Virus record (IMG/VR): IMGVR_UViG_3300025759_000063
Location: 32,001 to 96,000 of that record
From: a virus
DNA: 64,000 bases
Strand: one strand, 5' to 3'
The position numbers and the translations under genes are program-made. The notes beneath the pieces are model-generated. The model searched no databases. It saw only the letters and a program-made list of their open reading frames with translations, and was not told the DNA's origin. This document shows, piece by piece, positions 13,101 to 21,125 of this stretch. Positions within the stretch are counted from its first letter, which is position 1. Each line of letters opens with the position of its first letter.

Positions 13101-14839
13101 TTATTTTTTAAAATTACCTTTGATGTGTTTATTTCCTGTCTATTTGGATATGATGGTAGAGATGAAGATGTAATATATTCAATATTTTCATCAAAGTCTT
13201 TATATACATTTGATACATTTGAAATGTATTTTTTATCGTATTTTGAAAGTAATTTTTTGACAGAAAAAATATTTTTTATGTTTTTGTCAGTATTTGTTAT
13301 TGTAAAAGATCTTCCAGGAACATTTCCTGAAGTATATAATATACTTTCTCCGGATATGATATCAGTCTTTCTTTGATCATCTATTCCATCTACATAGTCA
13401 ATCTCTACAGAATCTCCTTTGTAAATTCCATTAAAATCAAAAGTTTCTACAAAATAATTTCCATTACCTTTTATTGAGAATGTTTTAACATTACATAGTA
13501 CCGAAGTATTGAAAAACCAATTGTTTTCTTGGTAATTTTTTCCAATATATCCAAGATTTGTGATACTTGCTTTATCACCTTTTTCATAGTAAAAATTTTC
13601 TCTGGAAAGTTCTACTTCAGATAAAACTCCAGTAATTCTAAATCTTATTTCATCACCATTGTCATCAAAAGCATAGGCATAGGTATTCAAAGAAATTTCC
13701 GATTCGTTGGGAATAGTCTGAGTTATTCCTGAACAACCTAAAAATTCATTAATTGTTTTTGATTTGTAATTAATTACTAAATCAGTTCCATTTAAATTTA
13801 CAGTCAATTGGCCACTTTTTGGAAATCCTATTGTAGAATCGACACAAATAGTATCCGAAGATATTGATACATCATCTATTATTTTTGTTTTTGGATTTAC
13901 CTGTAAATTTCCAAAAATAGAACCTGAAACAATAACATCTTTATCAAAATCAAAATCAACACTTAATGTATAATATATTTTTCCTTTTCTAATTATTTTT
14001 TGTACGTTGCTTACTGTACCAAAAGATTTTGTGATATTTGCAAATTGATTTTGAAATATGGTTCTATTTCTAAGGTCTTCAATATTTCCTTGTACTCCCT
14101 CAGCAACAAAATTTCTTGATACTCTATAATTTGCTGATGATGGTTGAATTAGATTATTTTTTGGTAAAATAACTTCAACATCTTTTCCATAAAGAATTCT
14201 GAATAATATTTCAAAAGATCTTTCTGTTCCTTTTGATGAATAAAAATCCTTAGACTGCTTAAGAACTATATTTTTATTTACTTCAGAAAATAATTCTCTA
14301 CCTTCAAATCCAAAAAGATATTGACTTTTTGTTTTCTTAAAAAACTCTTTTAAAAATAGTGAGCCAATGTTTTTAACTCTATTTGGATTTTCTCCAGTAA
14401 TATCAAGTTGGGAATGAAAATCTGCCAAACTATCAGAAAAAGTTAAGTCTTCAGTATCATTTTCTGAGTATCCTATAACTGAACTAAATCCCCTTGAACA
14501 ATTTAAAAATTGAGTTTCTGTTTTTGACTTATATAAAATTAATTCATTATCAATGCTAACAATACCATAAGTATTTGGAAATCCTTTTGTAGTTTCTACA
14601 TTGATAATATCATCAAATATTTGTACATCTTGTGTGAGATTAGTAGTTTCTGTAAAATTTATTAAGTTATTAGCATCAACATATTGGTCTATATTTTGTA
14701 AGATATCGTATGCAGAACCTTTTGATTCTAGTGATTTGTAATATTCTCTTAAAAGTTCGCCTACAAGAGGATAATCTTCTCTAACAAAAGAAGGTAATTG
14801 AGATTCTACAATAGAACTGATTTTTACTCTGCTTTCCAT
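7118..14839 (-). CDS. gp7: Baseplate wedge initiator gp7-like
   Basis: 2573 aa; N-terminal QLPSFVREDYP...FYSSKGT.RSFEILFRIL, HSPILGWSYDGYPIYGPYGY (YHYH-like), IQDSDYYQLFSYSLKS; follows gp6. Confidence 0.8.
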   Translation of the reverse strand: MESRVKISSIVESQLPSFVREDYPLVGELLREYYKSLESKGSAYDILQNIDQYVDANNLINFTETTNLTQDVQIFDDIINVETTKGFPNTYGIVSIDNELILYKSKTETQFLNCSRGFSSVIGYSENDTEDLTFSDSLADFHSQLDITGENPNRVKNIGSLFLKEFFKKTKSQYLFGFEGRELFSEVNKNIVLKQSKDFYSSKGTERSFEILFRILYGKDVEVILPKNNLIQPSSANYRVSRNFVAEGVQGNIEDLRNRTIFQNQFANITKSFGTVSNVQKIIRKGKIYYTLSVDFDFDKDVIVSGSIFGNLQVNPKTKIIDDVSISSDTICVDSTIGFPKSGQLTVNLNGTDLVINYKSKTINEFLGCSGITQTIPNESEISLNTYAYAFDDNGDEIRFRITGVLSEVELSRENFYYEKGDKASITNLGYIGKNYQENNWFFNTSVLCNVKTFSIKGNGNYFVETFDFNGIYKGDSVEIDYVDGIDDQRKTDIISGESILYTSGNVPGRSFTITNTDKNIKNIFSVKKLLSKYDKKYISNVSNVYKDFDENIEYITSSSLPSYPNRQEINTSKVILKNKIDSGELINLVSFGENHGFLTGDEVSFFVNSSNQSGLGLTVITGSYYVKKIDDKSIKLAKSRSDLAKDSYLSVENFDPQESTFESAGTLSLKKFSKNKNLTVSEVDTQRLVRLIKNPEIDEKKYKTEPGTVGILINGVEILNYKSKDSIYYGPIRTAEVVSQGNNYDIINPPELVIDKESGDQAKGYVSVEGSLKRIDVIDGGFDYLDVPIITIKGGSGSGASAEAKMISYDYFIDINSSTTNENINLSTNTLGFSTYHKFRDGESIIYRTNNNQVIGGLSTDAKYYVKVIDDNKITLHKNLEDSLSSSNPVNLTGYGIGNHRFESTIRKQKINSIEILSSGEGYKTAKITVPSSGIITSTNTIKVNNSNKSPYSDKDIIQYLGGDSTVVGLTTGSKYIVTTVDETSFKLSILGVGVTNRYFYYDTKEYVNIESVGSGNYTFDYEPITVTVEGEVGISTLSRVDINAKLQPIFQGQIKSTFIYEGGTRYGSPEIINYVKQPNYSLGKISSKATAVPIISNGKITSVLINNKGNGYTAPPKVVVRGFGIGAILTPIIKDKKLSEIKVISGGTGYTKETIIDIIDESQGCILKLYPQQFTINEFFRLLKTNRISSEDDSVVYRGLKENYGLQYTHLYAPNKFRDSVFRSKTFSNGTNYRSDFQNDINEDKYHSPILGWSYDGYPIYGPYGYDSPNNKKVRRMVSGYKLTGIREGADREIFRFYPTGYFVEDYEFVGNGDLDESNGRYCVTPEYPNGIYAYFMTISEDFSSEISFDARKEPVFPYIVGNYYKSKPTFFNFDPNSNQEQFEFENTKVLRNTFALNIGSDNSRYNYLLNNEDLNSQESEVLSIIRGGVENVKIISPGDGYKIGERLSFNNTITSGNGVAAKVESIKGKTIESITNESRFLPNIEFYKTNIENRLVGFATAPHLLSNGDFFKIESLSKNNPIIQNSFNVGVRTDNLILNAAVGNTSITGLSTYFSVYGSLSFPNIRENDILTIGSEDVKVLSIDKESSRIKVLREQNSTTSSAHQAYSVLNENQRKFFINLDKKLDSFNYKINRELYFNPIESLGIGTVGIGSTVIFSNPGVGQTSIQIPLKSIYLKDHKLETGDKLIYNANSGIGISVSNIFNTFTLNDGITVYVARLSNDLIGISTNKVALGTEGEFVGIETSTSLLYFNGVGTGDYHSFTTNYDNVLTGALSVNKITVSTASSFGLRGGDEIFLNVKEKDSVNIAVKYNDYHRRLIINPQDFSNSDVDTTKNTIRIVNHNFDSGQKIIYNSSNTIGGLEDNQIYYVIVFDKDHIRLSATYYNSTSLDIVPINLTSQFSGTISPINPKINLNRNQSVIFDLSDSSLSQPFGVGRTSSFDFKIYKNKFFNDEYFPITTLGTSKITKNGSIGLSPATLSFTLDEDFPNNLYYNLKILDGNTNQIKNELFTDREVDNFNLIKLNSSGLNGKHIITGIQTNSFSFTGDFYVDKTFNSTNSASEYYTTSLNESGPINNIKINSSGKLYDKLPKINGVVSAAGTGAILIPQSKSIGKIQKTRILDIGANYSSDKTLKPLLKFPTILRVEPLTSIESIKISSVGNNYNTNPNLVLIDGFTNKQVEDIILDCDLENQKVTVIQNTKGIYNVSPKIIPINNSNGVGILEVEYDNATKIVTIKLDTQFSSIEDFPFSLNQKVLIEGVSIKENTDSSIITKGFNSINYNYSTFKLIEVVPSIGGSGASVKYSLEDYLDSSEIPGDFDLENSIGRIISEDDFPKFKINLKKNEFLVGETTISEGIVGEVQKYDSVNEYLTIKTKEKIPNNVSIFGRSSNSLALIKEVLEYETRYNIDSSSIIVQGWKDTIGFLNDNIQRIQDSDYYQLFSYSLKSEIEFKEWNSIVSNLNHTLGYKRFGDLIVEKTVTAEIDSNQNNGAVIATCDLTNITNIDAVYDYDLASENGVLIEENLTSDEITFNSVFLQDYAESIGNRVLLIDDISSQFSTSTTSKTTVTTFSI

Positions 14840-14842
14840 TTA

Positions 14843-16744
14843 TTAATTTCTGACTAAATTGCCATTTGAATAACTAGAGGTAACGATATAATTTGATCCA
14901 GAAGTATCTGAACCAGATTCAACATTATCTGGTAATACATTGACAAGTGTTCTATTAATATCTATCTGCAAATAAATGTCCTGCACTCCAAGAACATCAT
15001 TTGACTGTGGAATAGCAGATATCTCAATGATAGGAGTTCCACCGTCATTTTTTGCTGTAGAAATGATATTCAATGGATTTGTTACAATTTCTCCTGTCAA
15101 ATAATCAACAGTACCAATAGACCTTTTCACAATGACAGGAGTATTATCCGAATTTAAATAGAATAAGAACAAACTTCCAGACTTTTTATCTGGATTTGGA
15201 GAATCTCCAAAATAAACTATGTTTGATATTCCACTTACTTTAAATCCAGAAGATTTTATATTATATCCACTGACATTTTTGACATAAAATGCATTTCTAA
15301 AACAAATCTCATACTGGGCAAATTGATTCTGAGATACTTTTAAATCTCTTCTAATTTGAATTCTTGTAATATTTGAAGTAATAGCAGCATCAGTATTATC
15401 GACGAGTGTTTGATACTTACTATATTTAAATCTTGCACCATACTTATTCAACTCTTCAGAATCCGAATATGCATTTATATTGTCATATATTTTTGTTATT
15501 AGTGCATTTTGACTCAAAGTTGTATTTGAGTTGTAGTATGCGTTTGTTTCCAATTCAATATAAAGAAATTTAATATCTAATATTTCAGGTGATATGCCAG
15601 CAACTGTATATTTTTTAAGTCTTTGTTTGATATTATCTTTAATATTATTTGATATAAAAGATCCAAACTTTGGTTTTATTGAAATAAAAACCTTTCCAAA
15701 TTGTGGAGGATTTAAATCTTCTCCACCAAAAGCACTTACAGACTCTGCTTCGGAATAAATTCTAGAAACAATAGTCTCATAATCTGATGCAGTCACTGCT
15801 CTATTTTGTGCAGAATATAATCTCGGAGCAAAATTGCGAATAGAATTTACAGATTCAATTTCAGATCCAGAAGAAGAACTTAAATTTGTAGTAATTAATG
15901 AAATTTCTTCTGTAACTGGAGTTCCTTTATTGTCAAATAATGAACCAGTAAAATTAAAATTAGAAACTCCATTTGAACTTTCTCCAGAACTTATAATATA
16001 TGAAGCTTCGATGTAATTATTATTTTGAAGCTTAGACCCAAAAACTCCATCTCCAAATATTAATTCATATCTTTCATCTTCAATTTCTTGAAGAAAATAA
16101 ACTTTAGATGTTGAGGTGACATCTAAAATGCTTGAAGAATTTGTATATTTTCTAATACTTGTTGAAGATTCTGTATCCCTAACAGTTACTAAAAGAGATG
16201 TAGTATCAATTCCTCTATTTTCTAATATGAATCTTTGATTTAAATTATTTGCGTCTACTGTAAAGTTAGTTTTAAAAACAGTTCCTTCTATAACTTCAAT
16301 TGAATCAAAAACTGCAGTTCCATCTATTACTGGTACAGTAATATTATCTAAAATTGAAAATGTAAATACCAAATCTCCAAAATTTTCACTTCTACAAACA
16401 TTTCCACTTTTTAATGTCACAAATTTTATAGTAGGATTGCTAATTGCTACTGAGAATGTAATGTTTGCTTTTGAGGATCTTCTTGACCTAGGAACATATC
16501 CAATATTTCTTGCAAGAGAAACTATATTTTCCCTTAAAGTCGCACTATCAATAAAAACCTCATTACTTACCATATTAGCATTGTAAGAGGCAATATATGT
16601 ATTATATGCTAACGTATCAATAATAATTGATAGATTTGAACCTTCAAAATCATAGTCAGTAAAATTTGAATTCGATTTTAGATAATCTCGAATTGATGTT
16701 TTTATTTGATCGAAATCTAAATTTGTAAAGTTAACTAATGACAT
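14843..16744 (-). CDS. gp6: Baseplate wedge subunit gp6
   Basis: LDFDQIK..FTDYDFEGSNLS, FGDGVFG and QNRAVTASDY motifs. Confidence 0.93.
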   Translation of the reverse strand: MSLVNFTNLDFDQIKTSIRDYLKSNSNFTDYDFEGSNLSIIIDTLAYNTYIASYNANMVSNEVFIDSATLRENIVSLARNIGYVPRSRRSSKANITFSVAISNPTIKFVTLKSGNVCRSENFGDLVFTFSILDNITVPVIDGTAVFDSIEVIEGTVFKTNFTVDANNLNQRFILENRGIDTTSLLVTVRDTESSTSIRKYTNSSSILDVTSTSKVYFLQEIEDERYELIFGDGVFGSKLQNNNYIEASYIISSGESSNGVSNFNFTGSLFDNKGTPVTEEISLITTNLSSSSGSEIESVNSIRNFAPRLYSAQNRAVTASDYETIVSRIYSEAESVSAFGGEDLNPPQFGKVFISIKPKFGSFISNNIKDNIKQRLKKYTVAGISPEILDIKFLYIELETNAYYNSNTTLSQNALITKIYDNINAYSDSEELNKYGARFKYSKYQTLVDNTDAAITSNITRIQIRRDLKVSQNQFAQYEICFRNAFYVKNVSGYNIKSSGFKVSGISNIVYFGDSPNPDKKSGSLFLFYLNSDNTPVIVKRSIGTVDYLTGEIVTNPLNIISTAKNDGGTPIIEISAIPQSNDVLGVQDIYLQIDINRTLVNVLPDNVESGSDTSGSNYIVTSSYSNGNLVRN

Positions 16745-17151
16745 TATCGTACTGACTGTAGTGCAAAAGTAAGTTGTTGTGGTAACGCATCTATTCCAAT
16801 AATATAATATCTAATAGTTACATTTAATTCATTTGCATCAATTTCTGAGGAGTTTATATCAACATTTATTAATTTTACTCTTGGTTCATAATTATTAATT
16901 GTATTGGTAATTTCATCACGTAGTTCTAATTCAGTTATACTGCTAAGATTTTCAAAAAGACTTTTTGATAGATTAGAACCAAGATTTTGATTAAAAAATC
17001 TTTCTCCACGTAAAGTCAATACTAGATTACGAATAGAGCGAGCAATAGATGTCTCGTTTCTAATATCAATGATATCAAATGTTATTGGATTCACCTGAAA
17101 AGTCAGACTAATATCTTTAAATTGTTTACTGACTCGCTCTACTGGCATCAA
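16744..17151 (-). CDS. gp25: Baseplate wedge subunit gp25
   Basis: SIRNLVLT..GERFF...GS and INNYEPRV motifs; adjacent to gp6. Confidence 0.93.
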   Translation of the reverse strand: MMPVERVSKQFKDISLTFQVNPITFDIIDIRNETSIARSIRNLVLTLRGERFFNQNLGSNLSKSLFENLSSITELELRDEITNTINNYEPRVKLINVDINSSEIDANELNVTIRYYIIGIDALPQQLTFALQSVR

Positions 17152-17175
17152 TAGACTCTAATTCTATCTTATTTA

Positions 17176-17427
17176 TCACCCAAAAATAGGTTCTGTACCG
17201 TATTCCCAGTCATCATAATCATTATCATTGCGAATTTTTTCATGAATTTCTTTCTGAACAGCAAAATCATGCTTTTTTGGTGTCATATTGTCATTATTAA
17301 TCTCACGAAGCATTTGTTTTTTTAAATCTCCAGGTGTTTTGCTCCAATAATCTGCAATTAATCCACTTGTACCCCACATTTCTCTCATATAACTTGAATC
17401 GCGGTCTGGATTGGGGTGAATTGCCAT
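17176..17427 (-). CDS. Hypothetical protein
   Basis: 83 aa ORF with AGGAG RBS upstream. Confidence 0.7.
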   Translation of the reverse strand: MAIHPNPDRDSSYMREMWGTSGLIADYWSKTPGDLKKQMLREINNDNMTPKKHDFAVQKEIHEKIRNDNDYDDWEYGTEPIFG

Positions 17428-17486
17428 CTGTTTTCTCCTTTTATAGGTTGAACAGAACTTTTTAAGGGGTTGCTATCCCTTATTTT

Positions 17487-18143
17487 TTATTTATTTTCAC
17501 GCTCTTGTGCTGTCTTCCAATGATATTCGTCTTCATTACCCATTCCAAGGCGCTCATAACTATTTTCAACTTGGTAATATTGTGTTGAAACCTTAAAATC
17601 AGGTATTTTTGGTTCTGTAGGTGTCAGACTGTTGTCAAAAATACGCAATCTGTTGTTTGGATAGAGTGCAAATTGACCATTATTCAGTTCAATGAGGTTA
17701 TGAGATTTGTGTTCAGCAGGATTTTCACTCGTAGCCCAATCAACATAGTCTGGATCATGATGATAATTATCGATTGTGCAAATATAAGTACCTTTTTGAA
17801 TGCCATAATCGCGAGTATAGCATTCAAAATCCATACTTCCAATAAATTTTTTATCAATACTCACTACACCATAATCCATACAATTCCAAAATTGTAAATT
17901 TGGTAGGTTTAAGTCTGGATCTGGAGTTTCTGGACGAGACAAAAAGGCACTAATTGGCAATTTGTCATACATTGCGGCATATTCTGGTAAATATGTCTCA
18001 AAATAAAAAGCGCGTCCAGGAATCGACTTTGCCGAAACCCAAACGCCCTTTACAAATTCACCGTGCCCACTCTGATGGTCTGTAAGATATTCTTTACGAA
18101 CCCATATTTCTTTTGATGGGAGGTTAGTGATAAGACAACTCAT
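17487..18143 (-). CDS. Conserved phage hypothetical protein
   Basis: 218 aa ORF in operon context; EHKSHNLIEL.NGQFALYPNNR motif. Confidence 0.75.
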   Translation of the reverse strand: MSCLITNLPSKEIWVRKEYLTDHQSGHGEFVKGVWVSAKSIPGRAFYFETYLPEYAAMYDKLPISAFLSRPETPDPDLNLPNLQFWNCMDYGVVSIDKKFIGSMDFECYTRDYGIQKGTYICTIDNYHHDPDYVDWATSENPAEHKSHNLIELNNGQFALYPNNRLRIFDNSLTPTEPKIPDFKVSTQYYQVENSYERLGMGNEDEYHWKTAQERENK

Positions 18144-18165
18144 TTTTTTTTAATGAATGTTTTAT

Positions 18166-18300
18166 TTAACCCCTACCCTGTCCGCGATACTTTTTCCTCT
18201 TTCCATTACGAGATGTTGCTGAAAGCAATGTGCGAGAAGAACGTCCTTGGCGAGTCTTTTTAGGTGCTCCTGGAACAAATGTAGTCTTATTATAAGCCAT
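18166..18300 (-). CDS. Small basic protein (44 aa)
   Basis: Below track cutoff; MAYNKTTFVPGAPKKTRQGRSSRTLLSATSRNGKRKKYRGQGRG with GGAG RBS upstream. Confidence 0.7.
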   Translation of the reverse strand: MAYNKTTFVPGAPKKTRQGRSSRTLLSATSRNGKRKKYRGQGRG

Positions 18301-18316
18301 AAATTAAAATCTCCTA

Positions 18317-19093
18317 TCAAATTACACGAGTCTTTTCATGCCCAACACGAATTCGAGGATCGCACCAAATCTCAAATCCTTCTTCCTTTGCATCAAGACA
18401 GAATGAAACATCCTCTCCACACATATCTTGAACTGCACCAGATTCAAAGACTTGCATCTTAGGTGCAAACCATGGATACTCAAGATTCTCAAATACCCCG
18501 TTCTTAATTAATACCCAACCAAATCCTGTATAATCAACAGTAAATGGTTTACGACGCTTTGAAATACTCTCTACTGTTTCATGATTCATTACTCCACCAT
18601 TGTTACGGAAATCTTCTTCCTCCAACCAATGTGCGACAGATGTTGTGCGTCCATCTTCTGTGGCATACCATCCAGCAGTAATTTCATGCTCTGTTCCATC
18701 CTCAGAAAGTGCAAGATCGCACAATTGCCAGAACTTGTTAGTGTCAAAGACAATATCCGAGTCAATCCAAAGTTGATAATCATATTTCAACTTTCCATCC
18801 CATGGTACTTGCTTTGGACCTCTCAATACATTTGCTCCAAGACACTTGCAACGAGCAAAATTAACCATCGATGAATAATCTTGACTAATCTGAATACTCA
18901 TTCCATTCTGTACCATGTCAAAACATAATTGTACAAATGCTTTCAGAAAAATAAATGAACATCCACGACCAGGAAGACAGAATACAATTGACTTGCCTCG
19001 CATCCGCTCCTTGATTGCTGTATAATCCCACTCCTCTCCTTCTGGTTTACTGGTAGTGGGTGCTTTTGCTTTTACTGTAAATCCTTTTGCCAT
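18317..19093 (-). CDS. GT-A fold glycosyltransferase-like protein
   Basis: LWIDSDIVF (DxD), GFGWVLI and GEDVSFC motifs; similar to 56245..56898. Confidence 0.65.
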   Translation of the reverse strand: MAKGFTVKAKAPTTSKPEGEEWDYTAIKERMRGKSIVFCLPGRGCSFIFLKAFVQLCFDMVQNGMSIQISQDYSSMVNFARCKCLGANVLRGPKQVPWDGKLKYDYQLWIDSDIVFDTNKFWQLCDLALSEDGTEHEITAGWYATEDGRTTSVAHWLEEEDFRNNGGVMNHETVESISKRRKPFTVDYTGFGWVLIKNGVFENLEYPWFAPKMQVFESGAVQDMCGEDVSFCLDAKEEGFEIWCDPRIRVGHEKTRVI

Positions 19094-19116
19094 AATTGAA
19101 ATTAACTTTCAGTTCA

Positions 19117-19145
19117 ATTTTACTCCCTATTTAGGGTCTTGTCAA
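19117..19145 (-). promoter_or_regulatory. Sigma70-like promoter with late-promoter-like CTAAATA in spacer
   Basis: Minus strand TTGACA-17 bp-TAAAAT. Confidence 0.65.
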
Positions 19146-19378
19146 TGTGACGAATTTAATTCTGCCATACGATTGACTGTGAGTTCCTCATATGATAGGT
19201 CATCTACACAATACTCAGTCTTGAGTAGGCCTACCATATTATTCAGTGTCTTCCATGTAACACTGAACTCATCCTCACTGATAGAATGAAATATACACCT
19301 ATCCTTTGCATATATGTGATATACCTTGACTTGCTGGTTCATAAAAAATACCTGAAAATTTTTTTCTTTCAGTCTCAT
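19142..19378 (-). CDS. Hypothetical protein
   Basis: ORF track; co-oriented with neighbours; true start may be downstream. Confidence 0.6.
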   Translation of the reverse strand: MRLKEKNFQVFFMNQQVKVYHIYAKDRCIFHSISEDEFSVTWKTLNNMVGLLKTEYCVDDLSYEELTVNRMAELNSSH

Positions 19379-19530
19379 TTCGATACTGCATTATATATCA
19401 CAATAATACAAAGTCCCAGTGCCGTAAACAAAGGAAATCGAAATACCTCGAAGAATCTCCCCGGATACCTTATTAACCACCCCGCAAAGATTACCTTCCA
19501 GAAATTCCAATACGGTCGGGGTTTTCTCAT
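19375..19530 (-). CDS. Small membrane protein
   Basis: MRKPRPYWNFWKVIFAGWLIRYPG followed by hydrophobic C-terminal helix; likely start at 19530 rather than the track's 19560. Confidence 0.6.
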   Translation of the reverse strand: MRKPRPYWNFWKVIFAGWLIRYPGRFFEVFRFPLFTALGLCIIVIYNAVSK

Positions 19531-19725
19531 GTTTTTTTTCTCCGCGAAATTTTTTTTCATTCTTTATATCTCTCTCGCGTTTTGTCACCTCTGTAGGTTA
19601 GGGTAGTGAGGGGTTTTTATAACGGCAGGGCGCCGCGGCGGTATAAACGACCCGGCATAATAACTGCCGAATACGCATACGAATAAGACTGCCCTAAGTA
19701 TCAACGAAGGGCAGTACAGTAAGCA

Positions 19726-19977
19726 TCAGTAATCGAACACGTCTGTGTCTAGTTCGATAGCGTTCACTGCGGGGTCAGCATACCTTACCCCATCAGGAGT
19801 TGCTACAGTGTTTAACTCTTTGAGTACACTCAGAAAATCCTCATAAGAATCGCATTTCTGAGCGAGATTATAAAGAAACTCATCATTCTGTATCCAGAGA
19901 GAAACATTCCAGGTTTCGTAGTTAGTCCAACCGTTGTAGGTGGTATCTGTGAGATTAGTTTGGAAAGTAGCAGTCAT
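19726..19977 (-). CDS. Conserved phage early protein
   Basis: TYNGWTNYETWNVSLWIQND motif; directly downstream of repeat copy 1. Confidence 0.75.
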   Translation of the reverse strand: MTATFQTNLTDTTYNGWTNYETWNVSLWIQNDEFLYNLAQKCDSYEDFLSVLKELNTVATPDGVRYADPAVNAIELDTDVFDY

Positions 19978-20026
19978 TTAGGAACGAATGAGAGGTTAAT
20001 TTAGTGGGGTTGTGCCCCTTACACTA

Positions 20027-20227
20027 CTAGAACACTTTAAGGGGCTCAGTAACTGTTACCACTTCGGGGAACGTCCAACGGAACTCATAAAGTAGCTGCT
20101 CATCACTAACACCTTCCAGATTTTCACGCATATAATCAGACAGTGCACATTCAAGGTCCGAAGGTGTCATTCCGTCGATAGTTGCCTCGACGAGAGCATC
20201 AATCAAAATTTGACGATTAGCAAGCAT
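20027..20227 (-). CDS. Small acidic hypothetical protein
   Basis: 66 aa; C-terminal TEPLKVF* is encoded by the repeat itself; resembles 21676..21921. Confidence 0.65.
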   Translation of the reverse strand: MLANRQILIDALVEATIDGMTPSDLECALSDYMRENLEGVSDEQLLYEFRWTFPEVVTVTEPLKVF

Positions 20228-20290
20228 TTGAGTTACTTAAGGGGAAACGATTTAAGACTGTGAGAGGCACCTAGAAGCGCCTCTAAGGTA

Positions 20291-20443
20291 TCAGAACTCC
20301 ACGGGGAGTAGGGTAGGACCATCGGCGGCATAATTACCCGATTCGCTACCCTCACCGTCGCTCACAAGTGCATTCAGAATCTCAAGAATTTGAGTGCCAG
20401 TGTTACCTTGACGCAGGGCGGAGAGCATCAGTGTCTTGGACAT
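20291..20443 (-). CDS. Small hypothetical protein (50 aa)
   Basis: MSKTLMLSALRQGNTGTQILEILNALVS...PVEF; ATG 18 bp downstream of repeat copy 2. Confidence 0.6.
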   Translation of the reverse strand: MSKTLMLSALRQGNTGTQILEILNALVSDGEGSESGNYAADGPTLLPVEF

Positions 20444-20499
20444 GTTTGAGTCGGTTGCTTACACTACTGCTACACTTTATGTGGCTCAGTAACTGTTAC

Positions 20500-20673
20500 T
20501 CACCAACGGTCGGGTGTACTCAAGTCCTCAACATATGCCTCACACTTTTCCGCAGGTTCAAGCTTGAAGAGTTTCTCCCAATCAAGTTGATGAGGGTTAA
20601 AGTCTGCAAGTGCTTCAATCTCCAGAGTGATACGATAACGATGCTTCTGGGCCTGAAGATAACTGAGAGACAT
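20500..20673 (-). CDS. Small hypothetical protein (57 aa)
   Basis: MSLSYLQAQKHRYRITLEIEALADFNPHQLDWEKLFKLEPAEKCEAYVEDLSTPDRW; AGGAG RBS and sigma70 promoter upstream. Confidence 0.7.
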   Translation of the reverse strand: MSLSYLQAQKHRYRITLEIEALADFNPHQLDWEKLFKLEPAEKCEAYVEDLSTPDRW

Positions 20674-20700
20674 GATTCGCTCCTTTGTTGTGACTTGAGT

Positions 20701-20729
20701 ATTCTAGGATATCGGCGCCGAAATGTCAA
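20701..20729 (-). promoter_or_regulatory. Sigma70-like promoter
   Basis: Minus strand TTGACA-17 bp-TAGAAT. Confidence 0.8.
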
Positions 20730-20801
20730 GAATCGTCGGAGTATTTATCTGGCACGGTGACAATTTGCGGACCTTATGTGTGGGATTTTTGACCTTGTGG
20801 G

Positions 20802-20830
20802 TTGACAAAGTGCGGTCCTTATGTTATGCT
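20802..20830 (+). promoter_or_regulatory. Sigma70-like promoter firing into the repeat/DnaA-box block
   Basis: TTGACA-17 bp-TATGCT with extended -10 TG at 20822-20823. Confidence 0.65.
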
Positions 20831-20839
20831 CGCTAAGAT

Positions 20840-20976
20840 CACAAGGTCCTGAGGGCTTTATACACAAGACTTGGAGGGCTTTATACTCAAGGGCCCACAA
20901 GGTCCTGAGGGCTTTATACACAAGACTTGGAGGGCTTTATACTCAAGGGCCCACAAGGTCCTGAGGGCTTTATACA
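20840..20976. repeat. 56-bp tandem repeat (2 full copies + partial), iteron-like
   Basis: CACAAGGTCCTGAGGGCTTTATACACAAGACTTGGAGGGCTTTATACTCAAGGGCC at 20840 and 20896, partial at 20952; GAGGGCTTTATAC occurs 5 times. Confidence 0.95.
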
Positions 20977-21001
20977 AGATTTCAAGAGCTTTTCAATGAG
21001 T

Positions 21002-21042
21002 TTTTCCACAATTATCAACACTTTTCCACAAGATGTGGAAAA
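21002..21042. promoter_or_regulatory. DnaA-box-like cluster
   Basis: TTTTCCACA 21002 and 21022, TTATCAACA 21012, TGTGGAAAA 21034; followed by AT-rich tract to about 21108. Confidence 0.6.
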
Positions 21043-21093
21043 CTATAAAACTCTTAGCTATATTTTTTTAACCATTTATTAAATTAAAAACAT

Positions 21094-21125
21094 AAAAAAA
21101 AAAAAAAACACCCCTTGAGGGTGTT
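21094..21125 (-). terminator. Intrinsic terminator
   Basis: AACACCC-5 nt-GGGTGTT hairpin followed on the minus strand by a long T run. Confidence 0.75.

Noticed and set aside
20520-20729. Track ORF 20520..20729
   Set aside because: Its TTG start is the -35 box of a promoter; the alternative frame 20500..20673 has an RBS and is more plausible
20840-20976. Mini-CRISPR
   Set aside because: The intervening sequences are themselves repeated identically, so it is a tandem repeat
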